Of a stretch of DNA of 64,000 nt, positions 49,920 through 62,916 are shown piece after piece. The position numbers and the translations under genes were made by a program. Position 1 is the first letter of the stretch, and each line of letters opens with the position of its first letter. The notes beneath the pieces are model-generated. The model was not told the DNA's origin and did not search any database. It saw only the letters and a list, made by a program, of their open reading frames with translations. Source of the stretch: Isurus oxyrinchus (Eukaryota); assembly GCA_026770705.1 (NCBI GenBank), contig JANJGN010000001.1, positions 137,020,001 to 137,084,000 of the forward strand, written 5' to 3'.

Positions 49920-51300
49920 ACACAGAACTGGCCAAGTCATATAAATACTGGGGTTACGAGAACGGGTCAGAGGCTAGGAATTCTGTGGCGAGTAACTCAC
50001 CCACTGACTACCCAAAGCCTGTCCACATTCTACAAGGCACATGTCAGGAGTGTGATAGTATACTCCACTTGCCTGGATGAGTGCAGCTCCAATAACACTC
50101 GAGAAGCTTGACACCATCCAGGACAAAACAATTTGATTGGCACCCCATCCACAAACATTCACTCCCTCCACCACTGATGCACAGTAGCAGCAGTGTGTGT
50201 ACCACCTACAAGATGCACTGCAGAAACTCACCAAGGCTCCTTAGGCAGCATCTTCCAAACTCTTGACTGCCAACATCTAGAAGGAAAAGGGCAGCAGATA
50301 CATGGGAACACCACCACCTGGAAGTTCCCCTCCAAGCCACTCACCATTCTGATTTGGGAATATATTGCCATTCCTTCACTGTTGCTGGATCAAAATCCTG
50401 GAACTCCTTCCCTAACAGCACTGTGGGTGTACCTACACCATATGGACTCCGGCAGTTCAAGAAGGCCGCTCACCCCCACCTTTTCAAGGGCAACTGGGGA
50501 TGGGCAATAAATGCTGGCCCAGCCAGTGAAGCCCACATCCCATAAATGAACTTTTAAAAAATATGATCTGGTTGTGGAATTGCTTAGCTCCATCTATCAC
50601 TTGCATCTTACGCTGTTTGGTATGCGAATAGTCCTGTGTTGTAGCTTCACCAGGTTGATACTTCATTTTTACGTATAGCTGATGCAGCTTCTGGCATCCC
50701 CTCCTGCACTCTCCATTGAACCAGAGTTAATCCCCTGGCTTGTTGGCAATGGTTAAGTGGGGGTTATGCTGGGCCATGAGGTTACAGATTGTGGTTGTAT
50801 ATAATTCTGCTGCTGATGGCCCACAGCACCTCATGGATTCATGGTCTCAAGTTGCTAGATCGGTTCGAAATTTATCCCATTTAGCACATGGTGGTAGTGC
50901 CACACAACACGATGGAGGGTGTCCTCAACGTTATGACGGGTCTTCATCTTCATAAGGACTGTGCGGTGGTCATTCCTACCGATACTGTCATGGACAGATG
51001 CATCGCGGCAGGCAGCTTGGTGAGGATGAGGTCCAGTATGTTTTTCCCTCTTGTTGGTTCCCTCACCACCTGCCACAGGCCCAGACTAGCAGCTATTCTT
51101 TTAGGGCTCGGTCGGTAATGGTGCTACCGAGCCACTCTTGGTGATGGACATTGAAGTCTCCCACCCAGAGTACATTTGTACCCTTGCCTCCCCCCTCGGT
51201 GCTTCCTCCAAATGGTGTTCAAAATTGAGGAGCACTGATTCATCAGAAAGAGAACCCCAGTAGGTAGCATTGAAAATGCTTGGGACAGTGAGATGAGTGT
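49920..51300. mobile_element. LINE fragments: 3' end on + (49920-50545) and endonuclease-region fragment on - (50575-51300); tail copies also at ~22278-22430, 42300-42490, 48825-49150, 54515-54840
   Basis: QRLGILWRVTH...STFYKAHVRSV; SFTVAGSKSWNSFPNS; tail gggcaataaatgctggccc; DSIGRNDHRTVL on -. Confidence 0.75.
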
Positions 51301-51329
51301 GATGGAGGAAGGCTCCATGTGTGTGGGGA

Positions 51330-53400
51330 GAGTGCTTACACGAAGCTCTGAAAGGCCCTGTCACACACACACACACACTTCTCCTTCCAGAATCCCTCGT
51401 GGTCTGGCTGCATGCAGTGGGGGTGGGGGTGGGGGATGCAGTGGGAGAACCTGCGAAACCTGTCAATGAAGTTGAAAGACAACATTACACATTATTCAGT
51501 AAAAGTGAATATATTTTCAGATTATAAAGTGACAAAATGTGTTCACCCGTGCAACCACTTGTGATCAGAATTTCTTAACTTTTCTAGGCCGATCACTTCT
51601 AGGTGCTGCCCTGACATCTGCAGCAGGGGTGGAGACAGCCTGTGCAGTGATTGGCCCTGTTGCCTCTGATGACTTCAGTATGCATCCTCTGGAAAGCTGA
51701 GGCCTTGAGGGTCCTGGCTTGCTTTGGCTGCCTTCCTGTGGGCCAGCTGCTCCCTCTGTGGTGACAGAGGATGAGGTTGACACAGGCCATAAGCAAAGGG
51801 GACTCGGAGGGAGAGACCAGCCCCTGAGTGGATGACCCAGGGGTGTGCAGCTGCCACCCCTCATCCCTTCGGGTGCCCAGGGACATCGGCCTGACTCTTT
51901 GAGGGGAAGGAGCACCTGAAGGGACATCGAGGTGCCCCGTTTCCCTCATGTGTTGCCGCAGCAGGAACTCACCCATAGCTCCCGCGATGGAGTGTGAGTC
52001 TGCACACACCTCCATGTTCTGCTAGACCAGGGTCACCATGGTATCCACCATCCTCCCCATGGAGACCTCCATACACCACTTCATCCGAGAGCAGGCGGAC
52101 ACACTCCTCTGCCTCACGTGCCACTCTATTGAGGGCTTCCAACAGCTCTGCGTGATGTTCTCTCACCTTCTGCTGACTCTCCACGATGAGTTGGAAGGCC
52201 GAATCCAGAGGCTCGTCATCTGACTCAGCCCTCCGAGTGCCAGGGAGCTCAGCTGAACCTGCCTCCTCCTGCTGCGGACACCAGATTGTGAATCCACCAA
52301 GCCTGATCTAGGTCCTACTGAGGTGTGTGTCTCTGCGCTGGTGCAGGGTGTGGGTAAGCGCTGTGATGGGTCTTCCAGGCTGCTTATTTCCAGCTCTCCA
52401 ATGGAGGAGGTGTCCTCTTTGCTGGAGGTGAGGACCTGGATGGAGCTGAGGGACTCTCTGGCTGAGGGTGTCAGTCACCTCAGAGCTTCCTGTGAACGAA
52501 AGTAGAGATATTGAGTGCATGGCAGCAGAGTCAAAAGCAGGAGAGAGAGAGACACTCACAGTTGTGTTGAGAGAGGGATGATGTGGTGCAGGATCCTCAC
52601 GTGAGTGTTCACTGCCGACCTCACCATCCCCACAGGCACAGTCCACACCCTCACCGGTCAGAGCGATGGCACACTGCTCAAAGTGAGTGAGGGGTCTCAT
52701 GTGGATCACCCCCTGGTCTGGGACCTCTCCCTGCTGTTGTGAGGCAGCTTCTCCTGCATGAAAACAGATGGAGAGAGTGTGAGCAGGACACATGGCACTG
52801 AGGGGAATGTTTGTGTGGTGAGCGGAGACATGGACAGGATGAGGACACGAGCTCTTTAGGGTATGAGCCTGATGGAGAAGTGAGGGTGTGTGTGAGAGTT
52901 AGTCGTGTTGTCCCTTGAGATGTGAGATCCGTGTGGGTGTGTGATGGGTTTGTGAGTGTGAGAGTTGAGAGTGATGAGGTGGTTGACTTACCCTGGGGAA
53001 CGGATGAGATCATTCATCCTCTTTCTGCACTGGATGGCTGACCTCCTCTGTCTCCGGTGGAGCTGACAGCTGCCGCCACCGCCTCCCAGGCCGGATTGGT
53101 GACTCTGTGGACCTCCTGCGGCCAGAGTGGGGGTGGAGGACATTGTGATGGCCTTCCACTGTGTCCAGCAGGCACCCCAGAGCCGTGTCACTAAATTTGG
53201 GATCATGTGTCACCTGGAGCAGTCCTGGTCTGTAGACAGGAAGCTCTGGCGTATATTTAAATATGGGGCCCGGAGTGAGGGAACACTGAGATCACGGCGT
53301 GGCAGAAAAATCTGAGCCTGCCCGCCAGCGATCCAGAGTGTTTCCCGTGAACGCATTATTAAAAAGGCGGGAGCTGCCGGAAATGGGATGGTAACGTCCT
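51330..53400 (-). mobile_element. PIF/Harbinger transposon remnant with a spliced Myb/SANT-like (trihelix) gene, decayed
   Basis: PKFSDTALGCLLDTVE...RRSAIQCRKRMNDLIRS, gtaagt donor at ~52991, next exon cag/EKLPHNSRERSQT at ~52755; TATA-like tttaaatat; stops and frameshifts. Confidence 0.7.
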
Positions 53401-53754
53401 GTGTCTTGATGGAGGTCTTTAAGGGGAGAGGGTGGTGGGGGAGCTTTGTCAAGGAATGATTTAGGAAGCCGAAGAGAGAGCTGCTAACGTGGGGCGTGGG
53501 GACAGGGAATAAACAGGACACCACAGTCAGAGGAAGCGGAAAGGATTTAAATACCAGGATGGGGAATTTGGAATTTGGAATCTAGGAGCAGGAACCAAAG
53601 TAGGTCAATGAATTTAGGGATGATGGGTGAAAAATAGGAGTGTCCTAAGGAAAAGTAAAATGAATGTTAGGTGAATCCAACATCCCAACCAGTGAAAACA
53701 GGTCAGGTCAGAATTTGGATTCCATAGTCCTGGATCTTTGATCTGAGTTTCCTC

Positions 53755-53819
53755 AGGGTACAGTTCCCACTGGCAGAGCAGGAGAGGGGGGTTACTCAAC
53801 ATCCAAAATCCCCGAACAT
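53755..53819 (-). pseudogene. ABCG2: Possible ABCG2 exon 14 remnant
   Basis: tatag/ATGTTCGGG..., reading MFG(G)F...QWELY if a 1-nt deletion is assumed. W and Y fall where expected, but similarity is weak. Confidence 0.3.
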
Positions 53820-53918
53820 CTATAAAAGCTTTCCCGCTTTTTTAATTCTGTCTAAATAACTCGGAAAGTTTCTGGTCTCTTTTTGTAAAGACAAACTAGG
53901 TCGTTGCGATATACTCAC

Positions 53919-54002
53919 AGTCATCAGGACAAAGATGAGCGACAGGATGATAGTTGCAACGTCCACTACATTCCCTCCAGCAGCTACAGCCAAGGTCAAA
54001 GC
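53919..54002 (-). pseudogene. ABCG2: ABCG2 exon 13, 3' half only
   Basis: ALTLAVAAGGNVVDVATIILSLIFVLMT/gtgagt vs MALAIAAGQSVVSVATLLMTICFVFMM; the 5' side is replaced by SINE sequence. Confidence 0.8.
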
Positions 54003-54849
54003 TTTATTAACTGAATTTCAATTCCACCAGCTGCTGTAGTGGGATTTGAACCTCGCTGATAGTCGATTCCATGGAATACATCCTAAGACTGTATAATCTC
54101 TCCTTGTAATATTAGCTCTTGGAGTACAGACCATTCTGATAAATCTGAGCTGCACTCCCTCTAAAGCCAATATATCCTTCTTGTGTGTGATCCAGGATTA
54201 CTCACAGTACTCCAGGTGCAGTTTAGCCAGAACTCTGTACAGTAAGGGAACTTGCAGGTGGTGGTGTTTAAGAATGAAATTAGGAAACCCTTCACCACAC
54301 AAATGGTGTTAGAAGTTTGGAACTCTCTTCTACAAACAGCAATTGATGCTAAATCAATTGTTAATTTTAAACCTGAGATTGATAGATTTTTGTTAACCAA
54401 AGGTATTAACAGATATGGGGCAAAAGTGGGTTTAAAGAATTAGGTCACAGATCAGCCATGATCTCATTGAATGGTGGAACAGTCTCAAAGGGCTGAATGG
54501 CCTCTTTTTTTACATATTCATTCACAGGATGTGGGTGTTGCTGGCTGTGCCATCACTTTTTCCCCATCCCTAATTGCCCTTGAGAAGGTGGTGGTGAGCT
54601 GCTGCCTTGAACTGCTGCAGTCCATGTGGTGTAGGTACACCCACAGTGCTGTTAGGGAGGGAGTTCCAGGATTTTGACCCAGCGACAGTGAAGGAACGGT
54701 GATATATTTCCAAGTTAGGATGGTGAGTGACTTGGAGGGGAACTTCCAGGTGGTGGTGTTCCCATCTATCTGCTGCCCTTGTCCTTCTAGATGGTAGAGG
54801 TTGTGGGTTTGGAAGGCATTGTCTAAGGAGGCTTGGTGAGCTCCTGCCC

Positions 54850-54960
54850 AACAGGCTTGAGGGGCTAAATGGCCTCCTCCTCTTCCTGTATAACATGCTT
54901 GAGGGGCAGAATGGCCTTCTCCTGTTCATGTATAACAGGTTTGAGGGGCAGAATGGCCAC
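54850..54960 (+). repeat. Three tandem copies of a ~42-bp CR1 tail unit
   Basis: (g)cttgaggggc..aatggcc...tataaca repeated three times. Confidence 0.75.
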
Positions 54961-55167
54961 ACATCATATTGATTTGGAAATAAATCACGATTCCTTTCAT
55001 GATTGTTGGGTCAAAATCCTGGAACTGGAGATAAGATACACATCTACCCGTCCGTATCCTGCTCCTTTATTCCATTAGCCTTTCTGATTATTTTTTTATA
55101 CCTGCCTATGACATTTGAGTTATTAATTTATATTTATATATATATAAATATATGGAATCATACTGAC

Positions 55168-55250
55168 CTGTTGTGAATCCCAATATGATTGGTTCTCATT
55201 AAGAAAAACACACACGCCAAAATCAGGCACAGGATCATTCCGATTGTCAC
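55168..55250 (-). pseudogene. ABCG2: ABCG2 exon 10 remnant (TM1)
   Basis: tttag/VTIGMILCLILACVFFLMRTNHIGIHN(R)/gtcagt; 83 nt; cf. ...GIQNR. Confidence 0.8.
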
Positions 55251-57723
55251 CTAAAGCCGAACAAGAGGAATCAGTTCACACGGATCTTTCAAGACAACCT
55301 AAATAAATAATAACAATCCCCAAATCTATATCCAATTATTATTAAAACCCCCTTTTCGGGTGAGATGTCAGACGGAGGCCCTGTCTGATCTCCTCAGGTG
55401 GATGGAAAAGACCCCATGGTCACTATTTGAAGACATGTAGGGAGGAGTTCTCCCTGGTCCAGGACAATATTTATCCCACCAACCAACCCAGATTAGAAAC
55501 AGGTTACCTGGTCATCATCATGTAACTGTGGGAGCTTGCTGTGTGCCAATTGGTTGCTGCATTTCCTGCATTATAACAGCGACGACACTTCAAAAGTATT
55601 TCCTTGGCTGTAAAGTGCTTTGGGACATCCTGAAGTCATGAAAGGTGCTAATAAAATGCAAGCCTTTCCTTACATTTGGTGTGTACTGCTGTCCCTCCTT
55701 CGAAAGTCCTAAACCAGCAATGTTATTTCAATGTTAATTCTTTCCAAATCTGGTGCTGCTGGCTCATGCGTTCACTGGGATGAACACATTAATGTGGGGC
55801 TAGAATACTTTAAGAACTCTCTTTGGTTCCCTTGCAGTTCCACACCCTAGTCACTGGTTGACACTGTGGAGCAGTAGAACCCTCACTGGTTTCCAGCTGT
55901 GTGAGAGCAAACTATGCATCTGAAAGTACTAGTTTAGTTGAATTGTAACTTGTTAATTATTTTTCACTATAAATATCAAATTAACTATTGCCATTCACCA
56001 CTAATTAGGAACTGGAGCCTAAAAAGTTCTTGCACTAAACTAATGCTAAGGAATCTTTTGGAAACAGCATGAATTACAAGTTGAGGTACAGGAGAGTTTC
56101 CACCAGTTTCCATCGCTCCACTATTGGCAGCTGTGCCTTCAGTTGCTGAGGTCATTAGTTCTAGCCCTTAGTTCTAAATTCTCCAAATCTCTCCACCTCT
56201 ACTTCTCCCCCCACCCCACCCCCACCCCCACCCCCACCACCTCTCTTTCCAAGATGCTCTTTAAATCCTACATCTTGAACCAAGCTTTTGGTCACCTTTC
56301 CTTAAATCTCCTTTTCTGTCTTGGTGTCAAATTTTGTCTGATTCCGCCCCTAGAGTGTCTTGGGATGTTTTACTATGTTAGAGGGCGCTCCATAAAGTTA
56401 TTGCTGTGGCCCAGAAGCCTCCCTCTGAAAGGCAGCTATCCAACGCCTTGTGGTCAGGCAAGATCCTGACATACCTTTGGGGAGCAGAGTGTCTAATGTA
56501 AATAGATCTAATGCAAGTGAGTCGCCAGTATACACAAGAGAATTGTTGGGTTGTTGGGCAAAGAGAGTGTCAACAAAAATCTTCTATCATGCCCAGTTTC
56601 AAGGGCTTTGGCTCAGAGATCATGCAGAGGGAATAAGGCAGAAATCCGCGGGTGTGTAAAGTATAGTCAAGAAATTATTATTTGCTTTGTTAATGTACTT
56701 AGAAAAGATTAACATGTTTCAATGACAGGCATCTAATATTTCAATGTTTGTTAATCTGTTTAAAACAATTTAGGTTAATGGATCAGTTAAAATAGCAAAG
56801 CATGGGAGGAAAAATATGAAGCATTCACGTATGACTCATGTAAATATTAATTTGCAGCTCATAATACCTTTTCCTTAAGTTTAAAAATGCCTTCTATTCC
56901 AAGCAGGCTATACCTTAGAGACTCAGCATGCAAAGGTTTTCTCTTCCTGGCCGAATTTTGTGACCTGAATTTCAATGGAACACAACAAGGGAGTGGAAAG
57001 TTGGGTATTGCTCTCTGTGAACACTGCCAATTAGAACATTTTTTTTTAAACTATTCATGTGCCCATGGTTAGGAACTCTTTTAATAGTTATCTACAACCG
57101 CTGCTGAAGAACAGGAAACAAGAACAGAAGCAATCTAATAGCGTCTCAGCTTTATCATCATCATTAGTAGCAATGTGACACCTTTCCAGAGCGGCATTAA
57201 GAGAGATGAACAAGTTGATTTTCTGAACATTGACTTGAAGAAAGTCCTGCATTTACACATCACCTTTCACCACTTCAGGGTGCACCAAAGCACTTCACAG
57301 CCAATGAAAATACTTCTGAAGTGTAGCCATTGTTGGAACATAGGAGATATGGCAGGTAATTTGCACAAAGCAAGATCCCACAAACAGCAATGTGCTAATG
57401 GCCACACAACCTGTTATGGGATTGTTTGTTCTTCGAATATCGCCAAGGGATCTTTCACATCCATCCGCGAGGACAGAGGGCACCTTGATTTAATGTCTCA
57501 TCCAAAATGCAGCAGTGCAGGGCTCCAGCAGTACTGGAGAGTCAGCCTTGTCTTTGTGCCCATGTCTCTGGAGTGGGGCTAAAGCCCACAATATTCTGAC
57601 TCAAAGGCAAAAGAGTCACATTTCCAGCTTTTATATGAAGTCAAGTGTGGCTGGCGCTGCTGCAAACAGTCTGCTGGCTCAGATAGACCTCTATTAAACA
57701 CAAGTAATCTCCCTGAGCCTTAC

Positions 57724-57970
57724 TGTTAAAATAGGGACACGGGCGTCACCCAGGCGTTTCTTGAATATTCGCTTGCATAACCACTTCAGCTGGTGGGAGA
57801 ATGATGTACATGTGATTTGTTGCTGGGAGAGTAAAACCAGTTGCAGCCTGCTATAACTTAACAGCTTTTCTAATTCTTACAGCAGCTCACTGAAGTACGA
57901 TGATGCACGATAAGCACAGACTAAACTGTCACAGCAGTGGGAGCACTCTGCTGATCAGTCATTCCGAAAT
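57724..57970 (-). pseudogene. ABCG2: ABCG2 exon 9 remnant with premature stop
   Basis: AYRASSYFSELL*ELEKL...ITCTSFSHQLKWLCKRIFKKRLGDARVPILT/gtaagg; TAA at 57879-57877. Confidence 0.82.
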
Positions 57971-59914
57971 CTACATCGACAGGTTGGGAAAGAATTAAGT
58001 AAGTTACACTGAGTTTTGCGTTTCATAGAATTGGACAGCACAGGGAGGCCAAGTGATCCATTGTGTCTCTGAAAGAGCAATGCAAGTAGTCCACCTTCCC
58101 CCTGCTCTTTGAGCCTGCTAATCTTCCCTTTTCCACGTTTTTATCCAAATCCCTTTTGAAACTCATTATTGAATCCACTTCCGCTGCCTGTTCAGGCAGT
58201 GCACATAGTGCTCACAAAAACCTACTGCCTGAACGTCTTTCTTGGTTTTGAAACTATTCACCAGCTGAGCACCCACATCTCTCCGCGATAGAGAATTCCA
58301 AAGATTCACCACCCTCCGAGTCAAAAAAAAGCCACCTCACCTCAGCCCAAAACGGCCACCCCCTTATCCTGACACAGTGAACCCTGGTTCAAACTCCCCC
58401 AGCCCATATAGTCCTTGTAACAATATAGTAACGTGAGAAGTTTCTGGCTACCCTGTAAATAACCTGCAGCCTCAAGGTGCACTTCATTACCTTCCGATGT
58501 GTAGTTTAAGTGAGAATTCCCTTAAGGAGGTACCTGCCCAGTGTAAGAGTAGGAAGGGTGCCTGGCTGTTATTATCTGATACAAGTATTGTCACCAGTTT
58601 TAGATTGCAGCTTCTGTGCCCATGTGTTTATTGAGTAAGTGGGTGCCCTCTCCTACTTTACTTTTGTCCATAATACCCCGGACATGGCCATGGGCTGAAT
58701 GGAGGGATGGGCCAAATTTACCTCCGTGAACATACAAACTGATACCTGACGATCATGTGTCGTGTCAAACACCAATACAGCACCATCAGTGCAAAGAATG
58801 TCCCAGTGCGTGTGTTTGAAGTGCCAGATCATGTTGGTAGCACTCCCTGTCTCTGAGTCAAGGGGTTGTAGGTTCATGTCTCAATCCAGGGCTTGAGCAC
58901 AAAAATCAAGTTCTTCATTGGCTGTAAAGCACTTTGGGACATCCAGTTGTCATGAAAGGTGCTATATAAATGCAAGTACCCCCGTGTTTTCCCAGAGGAG
59001 GCAGATGTGAAGGTTTTGTTGGGAGGGGGTGAGTTTTTGTGAAGATGTTTGAAAGGTGAGCAGTGTATCATTGGAACAGTATGCAGATAGAGACTCTGAG
59101 CACCAAGTCAGGGCATCTGAGTTAATCTATTATGGATACCCCAAAAGCATGTTTTCAATCACTTATCTTTCATTTTGGAACTGTAACAGTGACTGGCCTC
59201 AGGCATTGGGTGCAACTTGTGAAGATCTTGAAAAGAGGTTAAGAAAATAAGAAAACATTGACAAGAAATGGCTATTTACCCAACAATTTCAATTCAAAAT
59301 TTCAAAACTAAGATCAATACAATCGTTGTTTTAGGCAAGGGTATTACAGGATTATGGAGGCAAAGAGGGTAACTGGAGCTAAGACACAGATCACTCATGA
59401 TTCAATTGATTGGTGAAACAGGCTGAAGCGGCTGAATGGCCTCCTCTTTTTCCTGTGTTCTTAATTCTGTCCAGTCTGCTCCACGATAAAACTCTATTCC
59501 ACCAATGTAATCTTCTTAAGAAAGACTATGCAACAATCCCACTGCCTTTAAGCAGAATACATAACTCAATCCCACAACATATTCACATTCCTGGAAGTAA
59601 AGCCGACATCATGTTTCATATCACGTTGAACTTTCTTTGTATTTACCATTAACCCTGGAATATTCAGTTAGCTCTTTGCAGAAGATCAGGCCACAGAAGG
59701 ACTTGAAACAAGAATGAGAGTTTTAAAATGCAGCTGTGGTTGGACTGGAAGCCAATGTAGTGAGCACATTCCACATTGAACTCATACAGTCAGCAGACAG
59801 AGTCCATAGGATAGATTTGAACCTAGGTTCAAAAGGTGTTGAACTGCACTGAACTACATCCAGCTCCCTCTCTGTTAGTCAGGATCAAATGAATGAGAGA
59901 ACACAAACAGACTC

Positions 59915-60045
59915 AGTGGGGGTGGGGTGATGGTGGGGGGGGGGGGGGAATGGTGCTGGGGTGGGGATGGGGGGGGAATGGGTCTGGGGTGGGGATGGGG
60001 GGGAATGGGGCTGGGGTGGGGATGGGGGGTAATGGGACTGGGGAT
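59915..60045. repeat. G-rich simple repeat
   Basis: GGGGTGGGGATGGGGGGAAT-type units. Confidence 0.85.
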
Positions 60046-60119
60046 TATTTTCATGCAGCACCAGCAACAATACAGTGAAGCATTAAACAAATGATTGAAT
60101 TCCGTTGGATGTTAGATGG

Positions 60120-60197
60120 TGACCTGCACACATACTGGTATCAGTTTGATATCCATAAGGACATCAACAGGGTTGTTATGTGAGTGAAATTTGTATC
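60120..60197 (-). pseudogene. ABCG2: ABCG2 exon 8 remnant
   Basis: catag/ (G)YKFHSHNNPVDVLMDI vs ABCG2 GYHCEAYNNPADFFLDI; the 3' border is uncertain. Confidence 0.7.
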
Positions 60198-60594
60198 CTA
60201 TGTTGCTGAAAGAAAACGTATATTAAAGTATCAGCACTGAAAGACAGCTGATTAAGTAGAAAATGCTGGGTCACCCAAGTTGCTACCATATACATTTGGA
60301 AAATACTTTACCTTTACAGTAAGAAATGTTATTTTTTTCCGATATGCTCTTTGCCACTTATCTTTTCCACAAATCCTGCAGCCAAAAGCAAAATAAAAGA
60401 CCCATTTGCTTTTAAGGGGGAAACTGGAGAAACACATGAAGTAGAAATGGATAGAGGGATATGTAGATAGGGTGAGGGGAGACCTGTGGGGAGCAGGACC
60501 CTGTCGAGCTCAATGGCCTGTTTCTACGCCGTAACTTGTATGTAAAATAAAACAAAGGCCGGAATTATCTGGTCCCATTGCCTTCGGGTGTCAT

Positions 60595-60815
60595 AGGGGG
60601 CTGGGGGTGGTGGAGGGTAGGGGTGGGCTTTGGGGGGCAGGGGGTGCGGGGGTGGGGCGGGGGGGGAGGGTGGGGGGCAGGGGGTTGGGGGCGGGGGTGG
60701 GTGGGGCGGGGGAGGTGAGGGTGGGTGGGGGCGGGGGGTGCGAGGTTGGTGGGGGTGAGCTGTGGTGGGTGTGGGCTGGGGGGGGGTGGGGGGTGGGTGG
60801 GGGCGGGGGAGTTGG
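60595..60815. repeat. G-rich low-complexity tract
   Basis: Dense G-runs. Confidence 0.85.
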
Positions 60816-60899
60816 GTACAATATGGTGAGAAGGTCAAAGACGGTTTCACTCTGTGGTGAAGCCGGTTTGTGATCATTGGCTCCACCCGTCAATGTCGG

Positions 60900-61990
60900 G
60901 GCCGTGTTTCCTGCTGCTGCACCTCGGGAACCTCATTTCAATACTTTAGCGTCTCATCATAAGCCCTGCTCACTGGTATCAGAGCCCCTCGCTGGGCTGT
61001 CTGGGCACATCGGTGTGATTGCACGTCAACACATTTCACACTGTACATAAACCACGTGTGCCTGGTGAGCTGCACTTCACTCGGGACTTCGAGGTTTGTT
61101 TGCCGACCTTGCTTCAATGAGCGCTCACAGTCACCAGCCCCAGGCTTCACAGGCAGCACCACATCACTTTTCGGGGAGTTGATGGGCAGGTCTCTACCTA
61201 CCAGGTGGGGGTGGCTTTTCAATGGCTGCAGGGCTGGTGTTCATTTGGGGAGTGGGGAGAAGTGGCCTCAGGCAAGGGAAGAGGCTGCAGGGTGAGGGCT
61301 GTACTGGGAAAGGGGGGTATCCCAGAGTGTGTGTGGGGGTCATATTGATCTGTGCAAGTGGCCTCGTGAGGACTGAGGAGGCAGTGTCCAGAGGAGATGA
61401 GGCCAGATGGAGATGTGAGGGTGTATGTGAGAGAGTGAGTGGTGATGCCCCTTGAGCTGGCAGTGAGTGAGATGGGCTTGTGAGGATGTGAGTTTAGAGT
61501 GATGAGATGTTTGTCTTACCCTGGCGGTATGGGTGAGATCATTGATCCTCTATCTGCACTGGTTGACCTCCTGTGTGCAGCGTTGGCCACCACTGTCACC
61601 ACCTCTGCGGCCAGTAGAGGAGTAGAGGACATGGCAGCGGGCCTCCATAGCATCCAGAAGTCATCCCAGGGATGTGTCACTGAATCGGGGAGGGGGGTGG
61701 GGGGGTGGGGGGGTTGCACGCTTCTTGGCTTTTGGGGCCATGTCTTCACCCTGGGCTGTAAACATGGAGAAGTGTGCGCGCGGCTGCAGTTTAAATATGG
61801 TGCCCTGTGTGAGGAAGCAGTGAGGTAACAGTGTGGCGGGCAATTCAGAGGCCACCAGCCAGCGAGATGGTGTGTCTCCTGTGGCTACATAAGTAATGAG
61901 GCTGGAATGGGGTGATATGGTGCGAAAACCCATCATTGCAGCCAGCGGGTAAAATGAGTCTTTCCCTGCCCTGGGACGATTCCGCCCAAA
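60900..61990 (-). mobile_element. Second, diverged Harbinger Myb/SANT remnant
   Basis: MAPKAKKR...PRFSDTSLG*LLDA...QC.*RINDL with a gtaag donor at ~61519; ends at ...gattccgccc (TIR-like). Confidence 0.6.
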
Positions 61991-62916
61991 GTATCTGCGC
62001 CCTTCATCAATCCTAAAATACTCCCAACACTGGAAATTTCACATTCAGATTCCAACCATCTTTATTATTTGAACCACTGATCTGTCATCCATCATGTGGT
62101 GAGCACACAAGCCCGATGATTGCTAAATGTGCTTGCAGATATCTTCCAAGATGAACACTTCTAACTTCACTGTGTAGTCAATGAGCCTAAATGTTCAGTG
62201 ATGGACGAGTTGCTTACACCGGGACCGAGGGGGAGGGAGAGGGGGAAGAAGTATCCACTCAGGATGCTCCAGTAATCAGGAGTGTAGGGTAACAATATGG
62301 CAAAATGCACCAATCCACAATCCTACTGTGTGACATTCCACTATCACTTCCCCTAAATTTCCACATTTTCATGCTGATAACACATGATTGATATTCGTGA
62401 TTCTGGATAAACCTCAACAAATTGAAAATGTCTATCAACCATTACAAACCATTTGCCACAATACATCTCTCCCTTAATTATAAGTAAAGGATTAATACTC
62501 TCCTATATTGAAGGAGAGCAGGGTTGCTGTCCCCAGTGTCCTGGCCAATGTTTATTCCTTAGCCAGCATAAAACAGATGATCACACTGCTGTTTATGGGA
62601 TCTTACTGTGCACAAATTGGCTGTCACATTCCCTGCATTACAACAGCAAGTACACTTCAAAAGTGCTCCGCTGATTGTGAAGCGCTATGGGTTATGAAAG
62701 GCGCTATAGAAATGCAAGTTCATTTTCAAATCAGATGCTTCATGAAATATAATAATTATTTTCTTTTCTCTCAATTCCAGCTGTTCAGTTGGTTGGTTGA
62801 TTAATCTCTGTTTGGAGCTAGCTATACAGTCTGAAAGTGAATGACTAGCAGAAAAGCACTTAACAAACTCACAGAAAATATATACATTTCTATGCAGATT
62901 CATTCAAGATGCTTAC

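Noticed and set aside
59875-60893. Pro/Gly-rich short ORFs
   Set aside because: Translations of G-rich simple repeats.
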